Positions 33,595 to 44,900 of a stretch of DNA of 64,000 nt are shown here, one piece after another. Under the pieces are notes generated by a model. It made no database searches, was not told the DNA's origin, and was given only the letters and a program-made list of their open reading frames with translations. Every line of letters begins with the position of its first letter. Position 1 is the first letter of the stretch. The stretch is from a virus (taxonomy: Duplodnaviria; Heunggongvirae; Uroviricota; Caudoviricetes), in the IMG/VR virus record IMGVR_UViG_3300026980_000004. The stretch is one strand, 5' to 3'. Made by a program: the position numbers and the translations under genes.

Positions 33595-34077
33595 TTAATA
33601 TTTACTATTTAAAATTGCATTTAAAGTTCCTTTACTTGAAATGTTAAATTTTTCCATCACTTTCTTATAACTTTTTACTTTGTTATGATATTCTTTTATT
33701 TCTTGATAATTATATTTTTTTAGAAATGAAGCTGCATGTAATGCCTTTTTTAATCTAATTTCTTCTGGGATATCATACATATTATCTGAATGTGTACCTA
33801 TTCCAATATTATCCCAAGAATTATCACTAGAGATACTATTTAAATGTCTAACTACAATACCTTCTTCGAAAATTTTATCACCAAATTTTTGATATGCTTG
33901 TAGTCTATGAAAATAGACTCTAATGCTTTTATTATGAAACCTAATTCCGAAACCTAAATATCCAGAATTTGAATATCCTTTTAATTCAATCCCTTTAGGA
34001 TTAATACATTTTCCATCATTTGTTATTCTATAACCCTTTTCATATGCAAATAATAACGCATCATTCAATTTACTCAA
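33595..34077 (-). CDS. Free-standing HNH homing endonuclease
   Basis: VYFHRL...VVRHLN...DNSWDNIGIGTHSDN; lies between two tRNA genes. Confidence 0.85.
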   Translation of the reverse strand: MSKLNDALLFAYEKGYRITNDGKCINPKGIELKGYSNSGYLGFGIRFHNKSIRVYFHRLQAYQKFGDKIFEEGIVVRHLNSISSDNSWDNIGIGTHSDNMYDIPEEIRLKKALHAASFLKKYNYQEIKEYHNKVKSYKKVMEKFNISSKGTLNAILNSKY

Positions 34078-34107
34078 TTTATTTTATTTTAATCTAATTT
34101 TTATTAG

Positions 34108-34670
34108 TATCAAGGGCGGGACTTGAACCCGCACGAGCTATGCTCACAAGATTTTACTTACTACTATTACTTTCGTAATCCGCATTTGCGTTGTAGTCTG
34201 GACTATATCTTCACCATATTTAATTTAATAAACTTAGGTGTTTCGTACATAGTCTCTGAACCTTCCTCATTTAAAGATATATACATTATCTTTATTTAGA
34301 GGCTCGGCTGCTGATTGTCCAATATCAGTTATTTTTATAACATTCACACCCGTCATTTCTAACCATGTTGTAGTTAACTGATCTCTAAGGATATTCCAGC
34401 AATTCTCGAAATTACTACCATTTAGTTTCCCAAATAGCGACCAATGTTGTTCAAGATAACGATGTAATTTTGAGTGATTATTTTTTTACCCTTTCTCTAT
34501 TATAGAGAAATACACACTCTCTACATCGTTTTCTTTCGACAACTTCATGACTCCCACAATCTACACATATTCTCATAGTATTTACATTAAAAATACTATG
34601 GTAAACACATTAAATTAATTTGAAGCCAAAAGTTTTAGTCTTGCGTGTCTACCAATTCCACCACCCTGAC
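34108..34670 (-). tRNA. tRNA-Leu(UAA) split by a group I intron (exons 34670-34637 and 34156-34108)
   Basis: 5' exon GTCAGGGTGGTGGAATTGGTAGACACGCAAGACT plus 3' exon TAAAATCTTG...GGTTCAAGTCCCGCCCTTGATA gives CAAGA-CTTAAAA-TCTTG with a long variable arm. Confidence 0.9.
34157..34636 (-). ncRNA. Group I self-splicing intron (480 nt)
   Basis: P AATTGCTGGAA, Q AATCAGCAG, R TCAGAGACTA and S AAGATATAGTCC occur in order. The 5' exon ends in U and the intron ends in G. Confidence 0.9.
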
Positions 34671-35165
34671 ATTTATCGAGACTTATTCCCGATTTTGTAT
34701 TACAAATATATACATTGTTGATTTACCAAACAAGAAATATTTTCATTTTTTTTTTATTTAAAATAGAATTTAAAAACTACTCGATCATTATTTACGAACC
34801 CTACATTCATCACGCTTCACTTTTTTTTAAGTTAAACATAAATTTAAATAACAATCAAGTAGTTAATAGTAAAATCATTGCATGGGTTTTCGACCATTTA
34901 ATTGTATTCTATTTCGCAATGATTTATTCTTTTAAATCTTTAATAGATATTTTCAAAACGCTTTAAAATTGGTAGTACCAACTCTTTTCTTTGCTCCAAT
35001 AAACCCTTTTCAATATATCCAAGGGGTCTCTTAGAACCATCACTCATCATAACATAATTGTTTTCGAGTTGTTCATGTGCTTCATTCCAATATGCGTTTA
35101 ATGCATTCATGATAATGCCAGATTCTAAATCATCTAACTCAATTGTTTTTTTCATTTTATTTTAA

Positions 35166-36026
35166 TTAAGCTTTTTCAAATTCTTCAATCACTTTTAAAA
35201 TATCCGAACCCTTCCATTTTTTACCATCAGTTTCGTATATACCACCATAATTTTTAATAAAATTATATAAACTTTTTAAATGATTAATTTCAAAAGTCAT
35301 ACAACCAACTTTAACATTGTTGTTATCAATTTTAGTTACAGTATATCCATTAACTTTAATACCATAAGGTTTAGCCCATTTACCATTTTGGAATACTATA
35401 TCATAAGATCCACCAGTAGCATATAAAGTATTAGATTTAGAAGAATAATATAAGTAATAACCTCTTAAAGTACCTTCCACACCATCTAAATAATATATAT
35501 TACATGGTACTGAATATCTTCTTTTAGCTTCTTCAATTAAAGCTTTCTGAACTTCTTCATTAGTTGCGGGTCTAGCATATTTAAATGCTTCTTCATTACA
35601 TATACAAGTTATACCATTATGATCTAATTTTTCAACCCATTGACCATCACTAAATCCATACCCATAAACAACACCAATTTCATTTACAGAAGTACAACAA
35701 AATATTTTGTTTGGGTTATGGGTAAGTATATACCATTTACCAACTTCTGGTTTAATTGATTCTATTTCAGATGCTAATTTAAGTGCTAAATCCCAATCTT
35801 TTGGTAATTTTAAAATAGTTACATTTGGGTGATTACCGTGTATTGGATTTGAATGACAACTGTACATTCCATTACCACCATATTGATTTACTTGTATATA
35901 ATCTTCTTCAACAGAATAACTATCAATATTTTTTTGATAACCTAACGAAATTAATTCTTCGATAAAGGCTTTTTTTAATGTAAATGAACCTTCTATTGCT
36001 AATTTATTTTTAAATATTTTATTCAT
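35166..36026 (-). CDS. Hypothetical phage protein
   Basis: 286-aa ORF with no recognised motif. Confidence 0.7.
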   Translation of the reverse strand: MNKIFKNKLAIEGSFTLKKAFIEELISLGYQKNIDSYSVEEDYIQVNQYGGNGMYSCHSNPIHGNHPNVTILKLPKDWDLALKLASEIESIKPEVGKWYILTHNPNKIFCCTSVNEIGVVYGYGFSDGQWVEKLDHNGITCICNEEAFKYARPATNEEVQKALIEEAKRRYSVPCNIYYLDGVEGTLRGYYLYYSSKSNTLYATGGSYDIVFQNGKWAKPYGIKVNGYTVTKIDNNNVKVGCMTFEINHLKSLYNFIKNYGGIYETDGKKWKGSDILKVIEEFEKA

Positions 36027-36535
36027 TTTGTTTCGGGTCTTTCTTATTTTAATACTTTTAAAATATCTTCTTTTCCAATCACAATCCTCCTTAGAATCAT
36101 ACTCAATGATTTATCATTAATTTCATTAAGTAAATCAGATAATAAATTTTTATGTTTATCATCATAAGGTTCTAAGTCATCAATTAAGTAGTCATCAATA
36201 TAGTATTCAGAATTTGCACAAGGAATAAATTTTTTACCTGAATCAGTAAAACCACTACCATTTAGAACAGTTAATGTTTCACCTGTTTTAGTATTTAATA
36301 CCTTCTGATATCGTTCAAATGCTTTCATGTGATTTTAATTTATCAATACAATATTTTAATTTCAAATAATCTTTAATCGGCATGTTAACAATACACCAAT
36401 CCGAATGGTATTTTTCAGTGAAACTTAATTCAGACGGATTAAATTCATATGAATTATTTAATTCCAAATGACTTAATATTTCCGTTACCTCAACAAATTT
36501 AACGAAAGATTCTGGATTTACAAATAAAGTAATTG

Positions 36536-36778
36536 TCATAACAAATTTTCTTCAAACTTTCTTTTAGATTTTTCAATTACGAATTCATTAGATTCGATTT
36601 GTTTTAATTTATCTGATTTAGATAGGTTATTAAAAATTTCCAAATCCTCATCATCCCAATCAGATTCTCCAAAATAATCTGAATAACTCTCAATTAATTC
36701 ATTTAATGAAGTTGAGTTATAACCAGTTGCCATATAACGACCAGTCTGTTTGTCAAATAATCTGTAAAACATTCCCAT
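36536..36778 (-). CDS. Hypothetical protein, paralog of 32892-33125
   Basis: Same shared motifs as 32892-33125; own promoter at 36799. Confidence 0.7.
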   Translation of the reverse strand: MGMFYRLFDKQTGRYMATGYNSTSLNELIESYSDYFGESDWDDEDLEIFNNLSKSDKLKQIESNEFVIEKSKRKFEENLL

Positions 36779-36875
36779 TTCATTGTTGTTTGATTAATCA
36801 AATATAAACAAAAAATATTATAAACCAAAAATCCCCAAGAATTATTCAAGAGGATTTTTGATTAGATATTCTATT

Positions 36876-37241
36876 TTAAACAAATTGATTGATATAATTA
36901 ATCAAATTTGGATTTTCTTTCTCAATGAATCTAATCCCATATTCGATATCTCTTGGAGAAGAAACAGCATCTGTACTATTACCCATATCATCCGTACCGA
37001 TAATTATTGCATTTGATACAATTGGATATCTCCAATCTGGATACATAAATGCACCCTGAATTGTTTCGGGTCTAAGCAAAGATTCATCATCGCAGTACAT
37101 TGCATCACCATTAGCATAACTAATAGGACAAGTAAATGTTGTACATTCATTTCCGATTGCCTCATATATGGAATCTAGTGAATTCTCAATGTTAATTTCA
37201 GTAACTGTCTGATTCTCAATGTCAATTTTGATTGCTCTCAT
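36876..37241 (-). CDS. DUF3846-like phage protein
   Basis: MRAIKID...LDSIYEAIG...MYCDDE.LL...GTDDMG pattern. Confidence 0.5.
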   Translation of the reverse strand: MRAIKIDIENQTVTEINIENSLDSIYEAIGNECTTFTCPISYANGDAMYCDDESLLRPETIQGAFMYPDWRYPIVSNAIIIGTDDMGNSTDAVSSPRDIEYGIRFIEKENPNLINYINQFV

Positions 37242-37308
37242 GTTGATATTTGTTTTTGATTGATTGAATGATCAAATATAAGAAAGTATCTTCGAATTTC
37301 CAAAAAAA

Positions 37309-37605
37309 TTAATTTAATAATTCAAATAAAATTGATTTTAATGCAGTCTCCAAGGTTTTATCATTGGTATTGCATGGATAGATTTCAAAATCAGGATTGT
37401 ATTCAAATAACCTATTTCCGTCCTTTGTGAAACGAACATTACCATTACTATCATCATACTTCTTATTCATCCAAACCCAAGACCATATCGTGTAATAGTC
37501 TCTTACAGATAAATCCAAATAATTTGGATAGTTTGGTAGATAAAAATCCAATACAGTCTTAATATCGGATTTCATTTGCTCTCTTACTTCTTTTGTGACT
37601 TTCAT
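37309..37605 (-). CDS. Hypothetical protein, paralog of 39471-39791
   Basis: MKVTKEV..MKSDIK.VLD.Y...YPCNTND.TL.TAL. Confidence 0.75.
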   Translation of the reverse strand: MKVTKEVREQMKSDIKTVLDFYLPNYPNYLDLSVRDYYTIWSWVWMNKKYDDSNGNVRFTKDGNRLFEYNPDFEIYPCNTNDKTLETALKSILFELLN

Positions 37606-38158
37606 AACAGTTAGAATTGATTGAATGATCAAATATAAGCAAAAAAATATTAGAAACAAAAAAAAATCCCCAGAAACTTTCTGAGGACTTTAAATGAATA
37701 AAAGTAATTAAATTTTATTTAATATTTAATCCGCATTTGAACCCAAGATAGCCGCAATTACAACCCAAGCTGCAACAAAGACAAATACCAATGCTCTACC
37801 GATTTTCTGAGCCTTGGTTGGCTTATATTTATCCTTTTTCTTTTTATCATTGTCATCATCCGAAATTGAGAAGTCAAACATGGACATTGTGGGATTATCT
37901 AAATTAGATAATTCAATTAAATTTGATGATGTTTTTTCAACCATAACTGTCTTTGGGTTAAAGACCGAAATAAACAGAATTCCAATAATTGCAAATAGTT
38001 TAGTCATTTTTTTTTGTTAATTATTTTGTGTTGTATTATCAATCATATATGCAAATATACAAATAACATTCTAATAAACAAAAAAAATCCCCAGAAACTT
38101 TCTGAGGACTTTAAATCAATCAACTTAACCTTAATTACAAAAACACAATCTTAATATT

Positions 38159-38473
38159 TTAAAATAATTTATTCCAAACATTGTTTTCTTTAATTTTAAA
38201 TGAAATATCTTCATTGAAATGTTTACATAAACTATTTTTTAAGCCGTCAATAGTTTGCCCACCTTTTCCAATGATAAGTCCAGGTCTATTTGATTCAATT
38301 AAAATAATAACATTGTTCTTGTTTTTATTTACTTTAATCGAACTAACAAAATCCAAAGGATATGTATTTTGCAGTTGATAAAAATACATATAAATTTCTC
38401 TACGATATTCTTTTGAATTAATCTCATGTGTTAATCCAAGAAGTCTTTTTAAATTATTTAAAACCATAATCAA
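38159..38473 (-). CDS. Type II KH-domain protein (ribosomal S3 N-terminal-like)
   Basis: ILIESNRPGLIIGKGGQTIDGLK...ISFKIKE. Confidence 0.75.
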   Translation of the reverse strand: MIMVLNNLKRLLGLTHEINSKEYRREIYMYFYQLQNTYPLDFVSSIKVNKNKNNVIILIESNRPGLIIGKGGQTIDGLKNSLCKHFNEDISFKIKENNVWNKLF

Positions 38474-39470
38474 TTTATTTATTCCTTATAATAATTTCCA
38501 AATCCAGACCCATTTTATTTACTTTTAATTTTAATTCATCAAGAATTTCCTCTAATGTTAGTTCCTTAACGGTACATTTATTCATATTATTTTCTTCAAT
38601 ATCGAAGAATTTATGAATTGATTGAACTGGAATATTTCCAAATGAATCTTTATCATGCGAAAATTCCCATGTATTAATACCTCCAAAGTATGTATATTCC
38701 CAATAATCAATAAGATTATTTGTGTGATCATTTGGATACGCTTTATCCAATAGTTCTTTTAACTGTTGAAAAGTACCGTTATTTTGAACAATACATTTAC
38801 CTTCTGCCAAATCTTTTACACTATAGATTTTATCATTTGAAATTAATTCATTGATTGAAACAGGTTTATATTTCATTTTAATTAATTTTTATTTGCCAAA
38901 TCAGATATCAATAAATTCATTGGATTATTCTCATTATCCAAATTCATATAAAAATAAAGTAACTGAGTTGCAATTTCAACTTTCGAAATTTCAGTCTCAA
39001 ATTTAAAAATATTTGACTGATTTTCTAATTCATCTAAAATGAATTCAATTCCATTTTCCCTATCCAAAATACCTTCTGGAAATGAAAGTACAAAATTGGT
39101 AAACTTTTTACCTGTCTGATAAACAAAAGTATATAATTTATTTTTGTTTACCCAAATTCCATTTCCCTGTGTTTCTCTATCCATAATTTATAAGGTTTGA
39201 TTGAATAACCAAATATAAGAATAAAATTGTTAATAACAAAAAAAATCCCCAGAAAATTTCTGAGGATTTTAATTAAATTAATTTAAATAATTACTTTCCG
39301 ATATTCTATATCTAGGATAGTCACTGGATACAGAAATTATTTCCTGAATTGAATCTTTCATTCCATAGTAAGCAGTCCACCAAATTGAAATAATTTGATT
39401 ATTATTTAATTTAACTTCTGCACTCCATGAATTTTCTAATTCATTTAACTTAATATCTTTCATATTTAAA

Positions 39471-39791
39471 TTAATTTAAAACTTGTTCAACTGCTTTTCT
39501 CAATGCTGTCAATAATGTTGCATCATTTGTATTACATGGATAAAATACAAAATCGGTATTTCTCTCCAATAACCTCTCTCCATTTTCTTTAAAATCCACA
39601 TTCGGATTTTCCTCCACAATACCGTTTATTTTGACCGTACTAGGCGAATAACGGTTTTGATATACCTTATGCCATATAGCAAACAAAACGCTCTCAGGGA
39701 ACTCTGTAATGATTCCAGAAACGTTATAATAATCCAATACCACTTTAATATCGGACTTCATAGTTTCAAATACTTCTTTTGTGACTTTCAT
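39471..39791 (-). CDS. Hypothetical protein, paralog of 37309-37605
   Basis: Shared N- and C-terminal motifs and about 50 bp of identical 5' DNA. Confidence 0.75.
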   Translation of the reverse strand: MKVTKEVFETMKSDIKVVLDYYNVSGIITEFPESVLFAIWHKVYQNRYSPSTVKINGIVEENPNVDFKENGERLLERNTDFVFYPCNTNDATLLTALRKAVEQVLN

Positions 39792-39897
39792 AACAGTTAG
39801 AATTGATTGAATGATCAAATATCGTAAATATAATTTTAAAAACAAAAAAAATCCCCAGAAAATTTCTGAGGACTTTTAAATATCTAAATTGATTTAA

Positions 39898-40854
39898 TTA
39901 AACCAATTCAAGGATTTTTCTCTTACCTCTTGGTTCTTTACCATCGTGTAATGCCTTGTAAGAATCAATTCGTTCGTTTTCGGTCTTGACAATTTGATTG
40001 AAATTTTTGACTGCCATCCCAATATTCAAATCAATTGATTTACTTGAAATAATTGAATCCGCTTTTGTGGTTTTAATCATGTCCAAGCTCATTGAATCAT
40101 GCTCTAGGATATAATTTAACCCAGCATAGGCCAAATATCTATTCATGGCCGTATAGCCCAATTCTGATGCCTCTAATTTCATTCTGTCATAAGCATCCTG
40201 AAATTTAGATGTAGGGAAAAATGTACCTTTGGTAGCCTCATAAAAGAACGGCAAAATATGTTCCTGCTTTAACTCCTGAGACTGCATTTTCTCTTGGAAT
40301 TCAAAAGCCAAATCATTATTATTTACCCAATCTTCGATCACTGGAATAAGCAAATCAAAATTTATTCCAAGCTTATTTGCATGGGTATTGATTGTATTTC
40401 TGACCTTTGCAAATACCTCATTTCCTTTGGATATTCTAGTCATGCCATTTAGACAAACCAAACGCTTAAACATTTCCACCATACCAAAAGACTGACCACC
40501 TGCAAGACCTCCGTTAATTCCTAGCATGGAACTAACTTTATCATGCAATTTTCTCTCCCCAGATTCTGTAGGAAATTCAAATCTAACTTGGTAGTTACCT
40601 CTTGCATCAATTTTGCCCGATATATCGAACTTTAAATTTCTGTCTGTAAATTCATTACCAAAAATCTCAATAATATCATTGGGTTGAGTTAATTTGAAAT
40701 TTTTGGATACAAATCCATACAATACCTTGTCATCGTTAATGACCGCCTTATCGTACCCAGATGGCAAAACAATGTTCGCATCGGATAGGACTGTTTTTGC
40801 ATTTACCAAATTTACTTTGGTTTTCAAATCAGATAGTTTGGTAGATATTACCAT
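39898..40854 (-). CDS. DUF932-like protein, copy 1
   Basis: GFVSKNFKL, RLVCLNGM; close paralog of 44901-45854. Confidence 0.7.
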   Translation of the reverse strand: MVISTKLSDLKTKVNLVNAKTVLSDANIVLPSGYDKAVINDDKVLYGFVSKNFKLTQPNDIIEIFGNEFTDRNLKFDISGKIDARGNYQVRFEFPTESGERKLHDKVSSMLGINGGLAGGQSFGMVEMFKRLVCLNGMTRISKGNEVFAKVRNTINTHANKLGINFDLLIPVIEDWVNNNDLAFEFQEKMQSQELKQEHILPFFYEATKGTFFPTSKFQDAYDRMKLEASELGYTAMNRYLAYAGLNYILEHDSMSLDMIKTTKADSIISSKSIDLNIGMAVKNFNQIVKTENERIDSYKALHDGKEPRGKRKILELV

Positions 40855-41012
40855 AATTTTTAGTGACTTGGTTTTGCCCCCAAGCGGGTTTTCATTTAAC
40901 ACTCTACAAAGTTAATTAACTTTTTTAGAATACAAAACATTTATTTAAATTTTTTTCAAAAAAAAATCCCCAGAAACTTTCTGAGGAATTTTAAATATCT
41001 AAATTGATTTAA

Positions 41013-41540
41013 TTAAACTGTGTGATACTGAATTGCTTCTGCCAAATATTCCAGTTTAATTTCTTTTGAATTGTGCAATTGTGCAATTACTCTAGAAATT
41101 TGAATAATTGAATCTAATTTAATTAAATCAATATTATCTAACTTACTATATGCATTACTTAGTAACGCTCTACCTGCCTCGGATAATTTAAATTCAGGTA
41201 AAACATTTGATTTTGCTTCATTTGAACGTTTCACAACTAAATCAACACTCTCTGATATTCTATTTGAAATAATTTCAGAAATATGAGGAACTGAAATTTC
41301 AAGATTCAAATGAATTTTTTCCAAGTCTCTCAAGCCATACTCTTCTGTTGTAAAATCTACCTCATCAAATAATTCAGATAAGATAATTAAATCATTATCA
41401 GTCGGTTTCTTATCATCTACATTAGAAGCCTTGACCAAGCGAATTGTAAATCCACCTAGTAAGGCAATTTCGAATGCTCTAGACAAATGTGAGTACAATC
41501 CAGTAACATTGTCTCTGTCTAATAAAACTAAATTTCTCAT
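41013..41540 (-). CDS. Internally deleted ComM/YifB (Mg-chelatase-like) homolog
   Basis: RAFEIALLGG, LEKIHLNLEI...SES..V..R...AK and ISRVIAQL.NSKEI...LAEAIQY match ComM segments. No Walker A or B motif. Confidence 0.65.
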   Translation of the reverse strand: MRNLVLLDRDNVTGLYSHLSRAFEIALLGGFTIRLVKASNVDDKKPTDNDLIILSELFDEVDFTTEEYGLRDLEKIHLNLEISVPHISEIISNRISESVDLVVKRSNEAKSNVLPEFKLSEAGRALLSNAYSKLDNIDLIKLDSIIQISRVIAQLHNSKEIKLEYLAEAIQYHTV

Positions 41541-43783
41541 AATTAATTTGTTTAGGTTGGAAATGATTGAATGATCAAATATACAAATAACATTGTGATA
41601 ATTAAAAAAATCCCCAGAAAATTTCTGAGGATTTTAAATCAATCAACTTAACCTTAACTATCTAACCTTAATCTTTTCAATTCAATTGAAAAATTAAATG
41701 CACGTTCCATTGGTGTGGGTTCATTATCAATTTCACGGAATTCGGGTGTGAAATAACCATCATCAGTATAAATATTCTCATTTGTTTCCCCATTAAATTT
41801 ATTTAAAATAAATTCAATTTCAGGTGTTTTCGGTAAAATCAAATCTAACCAAACATATGAATAATTTTGTTTAAAAATTGACCAAGGAAATACCGTGTTT
41901 TCAATTACTCGAACATTGTTAGGGAATTGGTAAATGTCTCTTACTGTCGATCTATTTACATTAATAGATTCTATTGCTTCTGCTTTATTAAGCCACTCAT
42001 TGTAAGCTAAAGTATTCATGTTAATATCGGTTAAATTTGATTTAATAATCAAATATATAAATAACATTGTTAAAAACAAAAAAAATCCCCAGAAAATTTC
42101 TGAGGACTTTTAAATACATTGTTTATTTTAATTAATCCTAGCATTTATTGTAGCTACATTAATTAAATGTCCATCTACTTCAATTAAAACATCCGATGTA
42201 TATGCACTATATTTTTTACCTCCAATTGAAATATATCCATCCAGATGATATCCAGATTGTTTGGGGTTTGACAATGTACGGTTTCCAAAAATTTCTGTTT
42301 TAATTAATTTAGGAAACATACCAGACTTATCGTAGGTATTTGATATGCACAATGCCTTGTAAGACCGTACAATATTCCACGGTCCAACTGTCTCCATTGT
42401 TCCACGGATCTCATCCTGAGTTATATCAATACCCAGAATCTCACATTGTTCCTTGGTTAACTTAATTGAACCAGTTGGATTAAATACTTCAATAGCTTTC
42501 ATAAATCACATTATTTAAGGTTAGAAATGACTGAATGATCAAATATAGCAATAACATTGTAATATTCCAAAAAAAATCAAATATTTTAATTACATTGTCT
42601 ACTTTAATTACGTAGTACATAATTAATTATACTAATTGTAATTAAAAATGTAACAATGTCTATAGTTGTAACTAATAACATTGTAAATATCCTATACGAT
42701 CTTTTTGATTTCATTTTATTTGAATTTATTTTTTTAACCTATATAAAATATTTCTACCAGTTGGATTTGCACTTACCTGACTTTCAACCCATTTATCCTG
42801 AGACTTAATAAATGAATTAAATTGATTATCGGATATTCCGATCAAAACATTGTCGTACTCAACTGTGATCTTTTTTCGCTTATTTTCAAGCGAATTCCAC
42901 ACTGCCAAACATTGTTTATGCATAAATGAATTATCCAGATTAACTACATTGTCACCATCCAGATAATACCTAGATTCAACGTTATAACTAAATAACATTG
43001 TAACATTCTTGAAAGTATAAGACTTCTGCTTCATTTTAACACGGGTTTAAAGTACAATCCAAATATAGCAATAACATTGTAATATACAAGCATATTAATC
43101 AAATTAATCCCAAAATACCGTAACAATGTTATTTAAATTTAAATAAAAAACCCCTACCAGATTCCGATAGGGGTTAAATTAATTTAATTGGTTTCTAATT
43201 CGATTAACTTGGTTTCCTGTTTGCTATCCTGTTCGTTATCCGATAGCATCACATAAACCATTTTAAAAAATTCTTCATTCCAAAGCCTGTGCAACCTTGC
43301 TTTTTTGTTTACTGGGTTGCCTTCGAAATCCACCATATAAACGGTAATATTCCGATCGTGGTTTCTCGAATTAAATAGGATAGTATTGTAAATCTCAATA
43401 CTCCCAGATTCTAAATCGTATTTCTTTAAGAAACTGGCTTTTGCAGGAAAAACAAATCTCTCCCTGTGTTGCATTGAGTTAATTAACTCAATGAATTCAT
43501 TTAAATTAGATGGCTTTTGCATGGCAAATACATGTTTGATTGAAACTGTATGCAATATATAAAGTAATATTTAAAAATCAAAATTTAATTTTAATAGAAT
43601 TTATCTATAATAACTAATTTTAATTACAACTAACGAGTAAATTTAGAATAATTCTAAATAATATTTATTTAAATTAATTTAAAAAATTTTCAATTATATG
43701 TTTGCAATTCAAATAAATTCAATTAACTTTGTATCAATGATTGAAACGGTTTCAATCAGTGTTTAACCTTAATTATCTTAATT

Positions 43784-44161
43784 ATGGCAAATGCCTTAAA
43801 AACAGCGGACTTTAAAGCCTTGGTAGAAATGAGCAAGGCGGAATTGGCAATTGAATTCGTTTCAAATGCTGAAAAAATTGCAACTCTTAAAGCTAACCTT
43901 AAAAAGCTTGAGGAAAGAAATAGCCAAATTGAGGCTATTTTGTTACCCCAAATTGGGCTAAAATATCAGCCCAAAGATACAGACTTTATTTTGATGCCAA
44001 AGCTTGTCAAAGGGCGCAAAAGTACCTCATACGCTTCAATTGTTAAGGATGCACCCAAAGCTTGTAAACTTTCGGATACTCAAAAAGCCGTATTTGCGGA
44101 CTTGGTTTCTGAAAATACCAAGTTTGGCGAAGACAAAAAGACTATTCAAATTATTGAATAA
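43784..44161 (+). CDS. Hypothetical protein with coiled coil
   Basis: TAACTTTG promoter at about 43724; terminator ATCCCTTGC-TTTT-GTAAGGGAT-T7 at about 44171. Confidence 0.75.
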   Translation: MANALKTADFKALVEMSKAELAIEFVSNAEKIATLKANLKKLEERNSQIEAILLPQIGLKYQPKDTDFILMPKLVKGRKSTSYASIVKDAPKACKLSDTQKAVFADLVSENTKFGEDKKTIQIIE

Positions 44162-44900
44162 AATCTTAAAATCCCTTGCTTTTGTAAGGGATTTTTTTAT
44201 GATCCTATAAACTATAAATTAAGTTTAAACGTATAATTTAATAAAGTTAAATCAATTATTAAGTACGAAATTAACTCGTTAGTTTAAAAAAAGGGTTTAG
44301 TTCAACTAATTTTATTCATAACTAATGTCTAAAATATTAGTTCCAGAATAGTGTTCCACGTGAAACTATAAACATATGTTTTAAGTATGAAATTAACTTG
44401 TTAATTCAAATTATATATTTCGTTTAAACTAAAAATTAAATTTAAACTAATATCTAAAACTTTAGTTCTATTATTAAGTTGGTTAACTAAACTTTTTTAT
44501 TATATAAGTAGGTTGGAGTCTACTCGGTGCTACTCTTTTGAAGTATTACAGTAGTAAAGTTAATTAATTATTTTAAATAAAACAAAATAAATTTAATATT
44601 TTTTTTCTTGGTTAATTTTTTGGAATTGTCCAGGATTTTTATTAAGGAAAATTTTTTTTAAATTATTTTAAATATTTTCGCTCAATTGTTTTTTATTTAA
44701 ATTAATTTAATTACTTTTGAATTGTCAATCGGGTTGGCATACGGCTAATTGAAGTATTGATGGGTGAACGGCACTCTTCCCTATATAACTAGGTGACAAT
44801 CCGAAGCGAAATAAAGGAAAAATTCGCAAGCCTATTTCAGGTATATAACTGATATAGCAATTCAATCAATTTATTTATTAACCTAAAAAAAAACTAGATT

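Larger units (their letters stand above)
32840..43175 (-). promoter_or_regulatory. Repeated intrinsic terminator + Bacteroidota sigma70 promoter modules
   Basis: On the + strand: CAAATATA-N~19-CAAA-A6-9-TCCCCAGAAAnTTTCTGAGGA at about 33409, 37630, 38052, 39210, 39816, 41576 and 42050. Variants occur at 32840, 36799, 37273, 40907, 42540 and 43060. Confidence 0.85.
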
